DNA of 64,000 nt from sequence record PP496998.1. One strand, written 5' to 3'. Below are positions 1 to 7,102 of this stretch, in pieces. The position numbers and the translations under genes are program-made. The notes below the pieces were generated by a model, which was not told the origin of the DNA, did no database searches, and was given only the letters and a program-made list of their open reading frames with translations. Within the stretch, counting starts at the first letter, position 1. Each line of letters starts with the position of its first letter. The DNA comes from Escherichia phage EC.W14-3.

Positions 1-5
1 GTGGT

Positions 6-227
6 TTGAACCATCTCCACGCTGGGTGGGCAGACGCAGGGTTTAATAGCAGTAAGCTGACATTTGAATTCCATAACGTAACCAAGCATCATAGCTTACG
101 AGTTCGTGCTGGTATGCGTGTTGGTCAGATGGTTATGTTTGAGCACTCTCATGCAGGGGAGCACTCCTATGCAGTGAAGGGTCGTTATAATAACTCTGAA
201 GGTGTAGTTGCATCTAAAGGTGTGTAA
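6..227 (+). CDS. hypothetical protein (frame open to window start; may begin upstream)
   Basis: ORF track 73 aa; C-terminus loosely resembles the three downstream 65-69 aa paralogs. Confidence 0.3.
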   Translation: MNHLHAGWADAGFNSSKLTFEFHNVTKHHSLRVRAGMRVGQMVMFEHSHAGEHSYAVKGRYNNSEGVVASKGV

Positions 228-425
228 ATGAAAAAGTGGATTGTTCGTGTACATGATAACACGACTGGAGAGTTAGTAGCTGTAGATTTTGTTAAGACTC
301 GAGAGCACGCACGTAGGGTCAAAAATCAATACAAATCTACTTTTAGACTTAATAAGGTTACACTAGGAAAAGCTATCGTGAATAGTGAAGGTGCTTTTTG
401 TGTTAACAGTAAGGTTTATTATTAA
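228..425 (+). CDS. small hypothetical protein, tandem paralog family A (1 of 3)
   Basis: 65 aa; shares W-V-V..TR..AR..K...SKVYY pattern with next two ORFs; back-to-back with overlapping stop/start. Confidence 0.45.
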   Translation: MKKWIVRVHDNTTGELVAVDFVKTREHARRVKNQYKSTFRLNKVTLGKAIVNSEGAFCVNSKVYY

Positions 426-634
426 TGAGACCGATCACTATGAGACAATTTTGGTTAGCAAAGATTAAGTGGGCATCAGGTGGTATGACTATGACTGCAC
501 TACTCACTCGTCAACAGGCTCGAGATTTTAAAAAGTCTATGTTCAATGTAGACTTAACTAAGAGCATCAGTATTCATAAGGCCAAGGAGTATTCTTCTGG
601 TCGTGTTTATATCAGCGGAAAGGTACATTACTAA
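425..634 (+). CDS. small hypothetical protein, tandem paralog family A (2 of 3)
   Basis: 69 aa; ends GKVHY like neighbours; ATG overlaps upstream stop. Confidence 0.45.
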   Translation: MRPITMRQFWLAKIKWASGGMTMTALLTRQQARDFKKSMFNVDLTKSISIHKAKEYSSGRVYISGKVHY

Positions 635-843
635 TGAAAAAGATGTGGGCTATTCATGTTGTTTGGGATCTTGAGCAACACATGAGAAAAGATAACATCA
701 AATTGTTTGACACTCGCAAAGAGGCTCGTATTGCTAAGAAACAGTTGAAGACTCTGGGCACAATAGTAAAAAGCGCTGACATACATCGCTGGTATGAAGA
801 CCCTAACACTGGTTCTTTTATGTCTAAAGTAATTTACTACTGA
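634..843 (+). CDS. small hypothetical protein, tandem paralog family A (3 of 3)
   Basis: 69 aa; ends SKVIYY; ATG overlaps upstream stop. Confidence 0.45.
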   Translation: MKKMWAIHVVWDLEQHMRKDNIKLFDTRKEARIAKKQLKTLGTIVKSADIHRWYEDPNTGSFMSKVIYY

Positions 844-867
844 TTGGTAGTAGATATGATAACTCTC

Positions 868-876
868 AAATGTATA
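868..876 (+). promoter_or_regulatory. AAATGTATA, near-match to recurrent TAATGTATA promoter-like motif
   Basis: 1 mismatch to the 9-mer; 40 nt upstream of ATG 916 in gene orientation. Confidence 0.3.
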
Positions 877-915
877 TAGAGTACAATAAGAATTTGTATT
901 TTACAGGAGAGAGTT

Positions 916-1245
916 ATGTTAGATTTGAGTAAAGTGGCCCCGCCCACTGAAGAGATTACAAAATCCAAGGTGATGCAACAGTTTTATCATCGTGATATGC
1001 TTGGTCGCTTTATCAAGAATCGTGATGTTGTTGCTTGGTCTATTGGTAATCAGGGATATCTGTTGAAGGTTCTTCAGGTTACAGGCTCAACTGCTAAGCG
1101 AGTTAAGGTGTATGACCCTGAAATGGGGCGTTCTAAGTCAGTAGACCCACAGAACTGCATCGTAATTACCCAGCAGGTAATGGATAATATTGCACGTAAC
1201 GTTGCTAACTCAGTTGAACTTGATGGAGAAAACCCAAATGCATAA
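916..1245 (+). CDS. hypothetical protein
   Basis: 109 aa ORF; GGAG RBS (acaggagagagttATG). Confidence 0.5.
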   Translation: MLDLSKVAPPTEEITKSKVMQQFYHRDMLGRFIKNRDVVAWSIGNQGYLLKVLQVTGSTAKRVKVYDPEMGRSKSVDPQNCIVITQQVMDNIARNVANSVELDGENPNA

Positions 1246-1801
1246 GAATGTTTTTGATTTACCTGAGATTGGTCGTGACAGTTATAGTATGTTAGACCGG
1301 TCTGATCTTTCAATCTCTCGCCTTGAAACAATGCAAGGCATGATTAGTGCAAACAGCCTAGAACACATCCTGAGCTGCTTACAAGCTAACATGGAACTAT
1401 TGCATATCAAAGCTAAAAACTACCACTGGAACGTCTCTGGTGCAGGATTTCAGGGTGTCCATGGTATGTTTGATGAGCTGGAAGATTACGCACGACAGGT
1501 AGGAGATCGTATTGCTGAACGTATGCGTTACCACTGTGTTAAAGTGGATGCTACAGCAGCTAATTATCTTTCTCATGCTTGGTTCTCAGAGGGGAATGCT
1601 GATCTAGACATGGACGGTATGCTCTCTGATATGTGCATGACCTTGATGTGTATTATTGAGAAGATGGATGAGTTTGATGGTGATTTAGCCTCCCACCCTG
1701 TCGATCAGAGTATGCTTCAAGAAATTAATGAAGGTCTTGGCAAGTATTGCTACTTCGTCAAGAGCAACATGTCCCATTCAAGTGGTGACGTGTCTTACTA
1801 A
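1238..1801 (+). CDS. Dps-like ferritin-family protein
   Basis: KNYHWNVSGAGFQGVHGMFDELEDYARQVGDRIAERMR matches Dps ferroxidase-region signature (HWN..G..F...H..F); start set at ATG 1238 overlapping upstream stop. Confidence 0.7.
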   Translation: MHKNVFDLPEIGRDSYSMLDRSDLSISRLETMQGMISANSLEHILSCLQANMELLHIKAKNYHWNVSGAGFQGVHGMFDELEDYARQVGDRIAERMRYHCVKVDATAANYLSHAWFSEGNADLDMDGMLSDMCMTLMCIIEKMDEFDGDLASHPVDQSMLQEINEGLGKYCYFVKSNMSHSSGDVSY

Positions 1802-1861
1802 AACCTCCGCCCTGTCTCCTAACCCGAGGTGGGGCGAACTTATTTATAAGGATATAGATAT

Positions 1862-2041
1862 ATGTTATCAGCAATCGTATGGGGTATTTGGGCTATCTTT
1901 ATTGGTGGTGGTATTTATTGGGCTTCTGGTAAGCTTATTGAAGAAACTCCTGATAAGAAAGGTGAAATTCAAACAGCATCAACCATCATGGTTATTGTAG
2001 CTGTTGTTATCCCGTTCCTACTTCACCTCCTGACTGCATAA
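1862..2041 (+). CDS. small membrane protein (59 aa, two hydrophobic segments)
   Basis: ATG after AGGA RBS; MLSAIVWGIWAIFIGGG...IMVIVAVVIPFLL; below the track length cutoff; preferred over overlapping track ORF 1728-2000. Confidence 0.3.
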   Translation: MLSAIVWGIWAIFIGGGIYWASGKLIEETPDKKGEIQTASTIMVIVAVVIPFLLHLLTA

Positions 2042-2049
2042 GGATTTAC

Positions 2050-2325
2050 ATGTCTAAAGTAATTAAGTTTTATAGCGATCAGTGTGCTCCATGTAAAGCA
2101 ATGGCTCCTACCTTTGAGAAGGTTGTTAAGGAGTTTGATGTAGAAGTGGAAGAGATTAACATCCTTGAAGGTGATGGTCGTGAACAAGCTGTTAAGTATG
2201 GTGTACGAAGTATCCCTGCTTTCGTTGTGCCTGACCGTAACAGTGGTGCGCACTACAGCCTCTCCGGTATGCAGACTGAAGCAAACCTGAAAGCATTTTT
2301 GGACACAGCCCTGAGAAATAAGTAA
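2050..2325 (+). CDS. thioredoxin-like protein
   Basis: CAPC active-site CxxC in thioredoxin context (FYSDQCAPCKAMAP), downstream cis-Pro region VRSIPAFVV. Confidence 0.75.
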   Translation: MSKVIKFYSDQCAPCKAMAPTFEKVVKEFDVEVEEINILEGDGREQAVKYGVRSIPAFVVPDRNSGAHYSLSGMQTEANLKAFLDTALRNK

Positions 2326-2340
2326 TAAGGATATTCACGG

Positions 2341-2997
2341 ATGAATGAACAACTACAAGCAACATTAATCGAAGCTATGGGAAGTGATCGTAGCGTAGTA
2401 AACGCAGCTCGAGTTTCCTTTGGCGTAACCCGTGAAGGTGATTTAAATGAACGTGATGAACGTCTCATCAACTTTCTCGCAAGAGAGAAGCATGTTACCC
2501 CATTCCGACACCCGCAAGTCAGTTTCCGATGCAAAGCACCTATCGCAATTGCGAGACAGCTGGGCAAGCATCAGGTTGGATTCTCGTGGAACGAAATGTC
2601 CCGGCGGTATAAAGATGGAGCAGTTGAAGTCTTCATCCCTAAAGAGATTTTTGCGAGACCTTCGGACCTCCATGCAGGTTCAGGGATTCAACTCATCGAC
2701 GGAGAGCGAGCTGAAGCATTAATGCTGATTAATGATGCATATGAAGCTTCTCTAGCAGCATATGACAAGTTGATTGAATTTATTGCACCAGAGCAGGCTC
2801 GATTTGTTCTTCCTCAGGGGATGATCACTGAGTGGGTGTGGACTGGTTCTTTGTATGGCTGGTTTGAGTTGTGCCGTCAGCGACTCTCCTCTCACGCTCA
2901 ATATGAAGTTCGAGTGTTTGCTAAATCTCTAGATGAAGAGATGGCTAAACTCTACCCAATCTCGTGGGCAGCTCTGAAGAAAACTTTGGAGAGTTAA
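2341..2997 (+). CDS. thyX: ThyX-like FAD-dependent thymidylate synthase family protein (variant signature)
   Basis: APIAIARQLGKHQVGFSWNEMSRRY aligns to ThyX [23 protein letters not shown]; canonical RHR replaced by KHQ. Confidence 0.65.
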   Translation: MNEQLQATLIEAMGSDRSVVNAARVSFGVTREGDLNERDERLINFLAREKHVTPFRHPQVSFRCKAPIAIARQLGKHQVGFSWNEMSRRYKDGAVEVFIPKEIFARPSDLHAGSGIQLIDGERAEALMLINDAYEASLAAYDKLIEFIAPEQARFVLPQGMITEWVWTGSLYGWFELCRQRLSSHAQYEVRVFAKSLDEEMAKLYPISWAALKKTLES

Positions 2998-2998
2998 A

Positions 2999-3247
2999 AT
3001 GGCTAGTAAAAGTATTTGGATTCTGAGTCGTGTTGAAGAGACAGACAGAGGGGAGTACACAGAAGTGCTTTGCTCTTTCATTACATACCCCACAAAACAA
3101 CAGCTTGAAGATGCTGGAGTAGAAATAAATCTTTCTCAATCTCTTTTTGATAAAAAGGTTTCCAAGTCAACAGCCCCATTCTTTGGTTATTACTACACAC
3201 TTGATAGTTTGGAGCTACTGATGAATGATTCTTGTTTGGAGAATTAA
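2999..3247 (+). CDS. hypothetical protein
   Basis: 82 aa ORF immediately after thyX-like gene. Confidence 0.4.
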   Translation: MASKSIWILSRVEETDRGEYTEVLCSFITYPTKQQLEDAGVEINLSQSLFDKKVSKSTAPFFGYYYTLDSLELLMNDSCLEN

Positions 3248-3381
3248 TGTTGGAAGAAGATGACGATGTGTTCTGCACCAAGTGTGGGATGACAGTTGAT
3301 GATGCATATGACCCAAGTGTAGAAATTTGTCCATGTTGCAGAGTATGTGAATATTGCTGTTCCCACAACTCAGAGGATTAG
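3247..3381 (+). CDS. small Cys-rich protein (44 aa, zinc-ribbon-like)
   Basis: CTKCG...CPCCRVCEYCC; ATG overlaps upstream stop; not in ORF track (short). Confidence 0.25.
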   Translation: MLEEDDDVFCTKCGMTVDDAYDPSVEICPCCRVCEYCCSHNSED

Positions 3382-3393
3382 CAGGAATTCCTT

Positions 3394-3627
3394 ATGAAGA
3401 TAAAACATATTACAGATATTCAGGAGGCATTTAGAATGCTTCCTCGAAGAGAGAAAGATAAGATTAAGAAGCTTATTCAAGTCTATGGTCATACATCTGA
3501 AGGTGATGTAGATTATATGCCTGCCACTTTTAGAGAATGCGGAATTGCTCGTAATTTCACATTTGATCATAAAGTATTTCAGCAATTCGTTGACCACTGG
3601 AGAAAAGATGGAAAAGAAAGTCTGTAG
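3394..3627 (+). CDS. hypothetical protein
   Basis: 77 aa ORF. Confidence 0.35.
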   Translation: MKIKHITDIQEAFRMLPRREKDKIKKLIQVYGHTSEGDVDYMPATFRECGIARNFTFDHKVFQQFVDHWRKDGKESL

Positions 3628-3793
3628 CTTCTGTAATAAAGAGAAGACTGTCGCCAACTTTAAACCTAATCCTGTAACTGGTCTGACCCATGTCATGTGC
3701 CACTCTTGCAGGATATATCTTGAAACAAAACACACTATCAATAGATTGCATTATTATCACCCAACAACATTCAAATTTAAGGTTGTGAAATGA
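3608..3793 (+). CDS. small zinc-ribbon protein
   Basis: MEKKVCSFCNKEK...MCHSCRIY, two CxxC pairs; internal ATG of track ORF 3545-3793. Confidence 0.35.
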   Translation: MEKKVCSFCNKEKTVANFKPNPVTGLTHVMCHSCRIYLETKHTINRLHYYHPTTFKFKVVK

Positions 3794-4119
3794 TTGACAG
3801 TAATACATTTAGGACTTCAAATGGAAGTGAAATAAGTCCCGCTGAAGTAATCAATCGGCATAGAAGGCAATTGATCATCCATTCCTATTTGTATTACTGG
3901 TTGGATGACCCTATCTGGTCTGATGATAAATGGCAACAAGTTGCTAATGATCTAGTGGAGCTGCAAGCTCTGTATCCAGAGCCTACCGGAGTCTTTGACA
4001 GTGAGTTCAAAGATTGGGATGGTTCTACAGGGATGCACCTCCCACACAATGAGACTGTTGCTTGTATGGCGACAGCTGTTTACAGGATTCATAAAGATAT
4101 GAACCATGAAGTGCTCTAG
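3790..4119 (+). CDS. hypothetical protein
   Basis: 109 aa ORF, start overlaps upstream stop. Confidence 0.45.
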   Translation: MIDSNTFRTSNGSEISPAEVINRHRRQLIIHSYLYYWLDDPIWSDDKWQQVANDLVELQALYPEPTGVFDSEFKDWDGSTGMHLPHNETVACMATAVYRIHKDMNHEVL

Positions 4120-4291
4120 ATGTGAAGGAACAAACCTTCATTTAAGTAACAAGGTTATCAGAGAGCTTGCCAAAGGCTCTCCAACCAAAGGGAAGAACAA
4201 ACGATTTACTAACGTCAGGGTTTATACAGCAATCTGCAAAGACTGCTTAACTACTGAGTGTCATTACGAAGAAATTGGAGAGCGTAAATGA
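4106..4291 (+). CDS. small zinc-ribbon protein
   Basis: 61 aa; CSRCEG...CKDCLTTEC. Confidence 0.4.
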   Translation: MKCSRCEGTNLHLSNKVIRELAKGSPTKGKNKRFTNVRVYTAICKDCLTTECHYEEIGERK

Positions 4292-5025
4292 GTCGTCGTC
4301 AATCACGGAAAGAATCACGGAAAGACCTTCGTCGAGAAGCACTTGTTACTCGTAAGGGTAAGCGAGAGTATGAAGAGGTGGTTTTAGCAAAGCCTGTAGT
4401 CCCTCAGAACCAGTTTCAGTCTGAGCTACTCAATGCTATTAAGACTAAACAAGTTGTGTTCACAGACGCTCCTGCGGGCTGTGGTAAGACCTTTGTAATC
4501 ACTTCCACGGTTATTGATGCACTGAAGAGTGGTAAGATTCAGAAGATCATCCTGAGTCGACCTTCAGTTGGCATGGGTAACTCTCTTGGGTTACTTCCGG
4601 GAGGAATGCGTGAGAAGTTTGAACCATACCTGATGCCTATCATTGATGTTATTACTCAGCGATACGGTAAGGGATTCTATGAATGCCAAATCGGAAATGG
4701 TAACATTGAATTTGTACCTCTGGAATATCTCCGTGGTCGCTCTTTCAACGATGCCATTGTTATCGTAGATGAGTTCCAGAACACAACTAAGGATGAAGCC
4801 TTCTCCATCATGACTCGATTGGGAGAAACCTCTCAATTGTTCTGTATGGGTGATACAAACCAGCATGATATGCGTGGTCGCGAGAGTGGTCTAACTTGGG
4901 CTACTAACTTTATTGATGAACACGATCTGTATGAGTTTGCTGAGATTGTAGATGGTGAATCAGATGATATTGTTCGTTCTGGTTTCTGTAAGGCGATTGT
5001 TAAAGCAATGGAAAAGAAAGCTTAA
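4288..5025 (+). CDS. phoH: PhoH-like ATPase
   Basis: Walker A DAPAGCGKTF, Walker B IVIVDEFQN, PhoH-type spacing. Confidence 0.85.
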   Translation: MSRRQSRKESRKDLRREALVTRKGKREYEEVVLAKPVVPQNQFQSELLNAIKTKQVVFTDAPAGCGKTFVITSTVIDALKSGKIQKIILSRPSVGMGNSLGLLPGGMREKFEPYLMPIIDVITQRYGKGFYECQIGNGNIEFVPLEYLRGRSFNDAIVIVDEFQNTTKDEAFSIMTRLGETSQLFCMGDTNQHDMRGRESGLTWATNFIDEHDLYEFAEIVDGESDDIVRSGFCKAIVKAMEKKA

Positions 5026-5036
5026 ACAGTAACTTA

Positions 5037-5045
5037 TAATGTATA
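5037..5045 (+). promoter_or_regulatory. TAATGTATA promoter-like motif
   Basis: exact 9-mer 37 nt upstream of ATG 5082, gene orientation. Confidence 0.4.
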
Positions 5046-5081
5046 CTCCTTAGTGTACACTGATATATTAAGGAGTTTTAA

Positions 5082-5399
5082 ATGGCAGATCATGTAGGAA
5101 AGAGAGATTATGCACAAGAAAGACGTACCGCAATTGCCCGTGGTGAGACAGGCGTTGGGAGCAAGAGCGGAGATGCTCAGCGCCACCGTGCACGTCGCAT
5201 CGTTGAAAAGCGCGATGGAAAAGCTGCTGTCAGAGGTAAAGACGTTGGACACAAACGAGCTGTCAAGTCTGGAGGCTCTAATGCGTCAAGCAACTTACGT
5301 GTTGAATCAGTCAGCTCAAACCGTTCAAACGGCGGCAAAAGTGGTGATCGAGCTGGAAAAGCAAACGGAGCTAGGAAGGGGGCGTTGAGTGGTTCTTGA
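5082..5399 (+). CDS. basic Gly/Lys/Arg-rich protein
   Basis: strong RBS AAGGAG; codon position-1 G bias supports this frame over overlapping track ORF 5110-5388. Confidence 0.45.
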   Translation: MADHVGKRDYAQERRTAIARGETGVGSKSGDAQRHRARRIVEKRDGKAAVRGKDVGHKRAVKSGGSNASSNLRVESVSSNRSNGGKSGDRAGKANGARKGALSGS

Positions 5400-5880
5400 T
5401 GACACCTTATCTTACGATGCGGTCACAGGTAACCTATATTACACAAAATCTCCTAGCAAAGGAGTGATGTGGAACAAAAGCCACCCCGGAAAGATAGCTG
5501 GATGTATGATATCGAAAGGCTATATCGGTGTGTATTTCCAAGGAAGACGATGGAGAGCGCACCGACTTATAGCTACGCACTTTATACCAAACCCTAACAA
5601 TTATCCAGAAGTCAACCACATCAATGGGATAAAAGACGATAATCGACTGGAGAATCTTGAATGGGTATCCGCTTCTGAAAACATACAACATTCCTTTGAT
5701 ACAGGGTTGAATAAAGGGCACACTCGTGACAATAACGGAATGACCAAATTATCCTCTGGAGATGTTGTAAAGATTAAACAGATGTATGTGAAGGGTTCTA
5801 GGGATTTTGGCTCTAGAGGTCTTGGTAAGTTGTTTGGCGTGAGCCATACAGCTATACTCCATGCTTTAAAGGAGCTTTAA
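5389..5880 (+). CDS. HNH homing endonuclease
   Basis: HRLIATHFIPNPNNYPEVNHINGIKDDNRLENLEWVSASEN HNH motif; GTG start at 5389 or ATG at 5467. Confidence 0.75.
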   Translation: MVLDDTLSYDAVTGNLYYTKSPSKGVMWNKSHPGKIAGCMISKGYIGVYFQGRRWRAHRLIATHFIPNPNNYPEVNHINGIKDDNRLENLEWVSASENIQHSFDTGLNKGHTRDNNGMTKLSSGDVVKIKQMYVKGSRDFGSRGLGKLFGVSHTAILHALKEL

Positions 5881-5895
5881 GCTCATCGTAATATG

Positions 5896-5925
5896 AGGCT
5901 ACCCAAATGGGTGGCCTTTTCTTTC
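5896..5925 (+). terminator. rho-independent terminator
   Basis: hairpin aggctaccc/gggtggcct (9 bp incl. wobble) then TTTTCTTT. Confidence 0.6.
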
Positions 5926-5959
5926 ATATAAACCAAAATAAACTTCTTAGGTAATAAAT

Positions 5960-6214
5960 ATGTCTATTGTAAAAATCGTAAATATTTTTGATGTAACCAG
6001 AGATGGCAAGATTGTTAAGTGGACTTTCACTAACCACCACAACAAATCAAACAAGATCATCGAACGGATGATTGAGATTAACCCAAAAACAGCTCGCACT
6101 AACGTACTCCTTCGAGGAGCTGATGGAAAATTTATCTCTTATAAGAATAAGAACGTAGAAAAATCTTTCCGTGTTGCAGTAGAAAATCTCATCCCATTCC
6201 CTAAAGGAGTTTAA
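5960..6214 (+). CDS. hypothetical protein, tandem paralog family B (1 of 2)
   Basis: 84 aa; shares KTARTNV(L/M)LR...GKFISY...PFP(K/R)G with next ORF. Confidence 0.5.
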   Translation: MSIVKIVNIFDVTRDGKIVKWTFTNHHNKSNKIIERMIEINPKTARTNVLLRGADGKFISYKNKNVEKSFRVAVENLIPFPKGV

Positions 6215-6215
6215 T

Positions 6216-6500
6216 ATGAATAAGTTAGCTATGGTTCAGATTCGAGACACATACCCTAACCGCCCGGAGCAGAAACCGCGTACTTGGTCTTATCTGTTGG
6301 CTGAAAGTAAGACTATTGACAAATACGCTGTAGGGATTGATGCTATTCCAAATAGTGTCACATTACTCCCTCACAAAACAGCCAGAACTAATGTAATGTT
6401 ACGTGATAGCAAAGGTAAGTTTATCTCTTATCGTGATTCAAGAATCAATAATGAAATTAAATCTGCTGTGGAATTTTTGATGCCATTCCCAAGAGGTTGA
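6216..6500 (+). CDS. hypothetical protein, tandem paralog family B (2 of 2)
   Basis: 94 aa paralog of 5960-6214. Confidence 0.5.
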   Translation: MNKLAMVQIRDTYPNRPEQKPRTWSYLLAESKTIDKYAVGIDAIPNSVTLLPHKTARTNVMLRDSKGKFISYRDSRINNEIKSAVEFLMPFPRG

Positions 6501-6503
6501 GTT

Positions 6504-6662
6504 ATGAAAGAGTATATTTACGTTGGTCAGCGGTGGTTCGGTGATGAATGGGAAGGTGGATACAGCGTTGTGAAAGCTTTTAAGTCTGAAGAAGATGCCA
6601 AGGCATGGGTCTTAAAAGATGACGTTGGCGAGAGAACTTACATTGAAGTAGAGGTGGAGTAG
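6504..6662 (+). CDS. small acidic protein (52 aa)
   Basis: ATG 4 nt after upstream stop; MKEYIYVGQRWFGDEWEGG; short, not in track. Confidence 0.3.
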   Translation: MKEYIYVGQRWFGDEWEGGYSVVKAFKSEEDAKAWVLKDDVGERTYIEVEVE

Positions 6663-6663
6663 A

Positions 6664-7086
6664 ATGCCATTACCAGCTAGACACCAAAACCGTTTCTTAG
6701 TTCTTAAGTGGGATGATATCGAAATGAATCTCACTGAACATGAACTTGATTTGTTCCATGAACTACTGTCAGAGATTCGCTCTGGTATCCCTGAACGTCA
6801 GTATGTGGTTATCAGTGATAAGCACCCTCAAGAGTTTGAAGAAGCTTGGGGTATGAAGTTGGCTTACATTCAGAGAGCTATCCGAGAAAGAGAAGAAGTC
6901 GCTAACCAAAGGGTTGTGGCTCATTTAGTACGAGAGCAACCTCGTGAAGCTAGGGCTAACCATGCACCACCTCCACCTACTCCTCGGATAGTTGTTAACG
7001 GGGCGGTTAGGGCTTACAGTTATGAAGCTACCGCGTTAGATGTGATAGAAGATAACCAAGCATTTACAGATTTACTTTACCAATAA
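6664..7086 (+). CDS. hypothetical protein
   Basis: 140 aa ORF directly upstream of DNA polymerase. Confidence 0.5.
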   Translation: MPLPARHQNRFLVLKWDDIEMNLTEHELDLFHELLSEIRSGIPERQYVVISDKHPQEFEEAWGMKLAYIQRAIREREEVANQRVVAHLVREQPREARANHAPPPPTPRIVVNGAVRAYSYEATALDVIEDNQAFTDLLYQ

Positions 7087-7102
7087 TTTAAAGGAGTATA
7101 AA

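Noticed and set aside
1728-2000. Track ORF overlapping the small membrane-protein ORF
   Set aside because: No RBS and it overlaps the end of the Dps-like gene; the alternative 1862-2041 frame has an RBS and a coherent membrane-protein sequence.
5110-5388. Alternative-frame ORF overlapping 5082-5399
   Set aside because: Its codons end predominantly in G (the pattern expected when read out of frame from a gene with G-rich first positions), and it lacks the strong AAGGAG RBS that precedes the 5082 frame.
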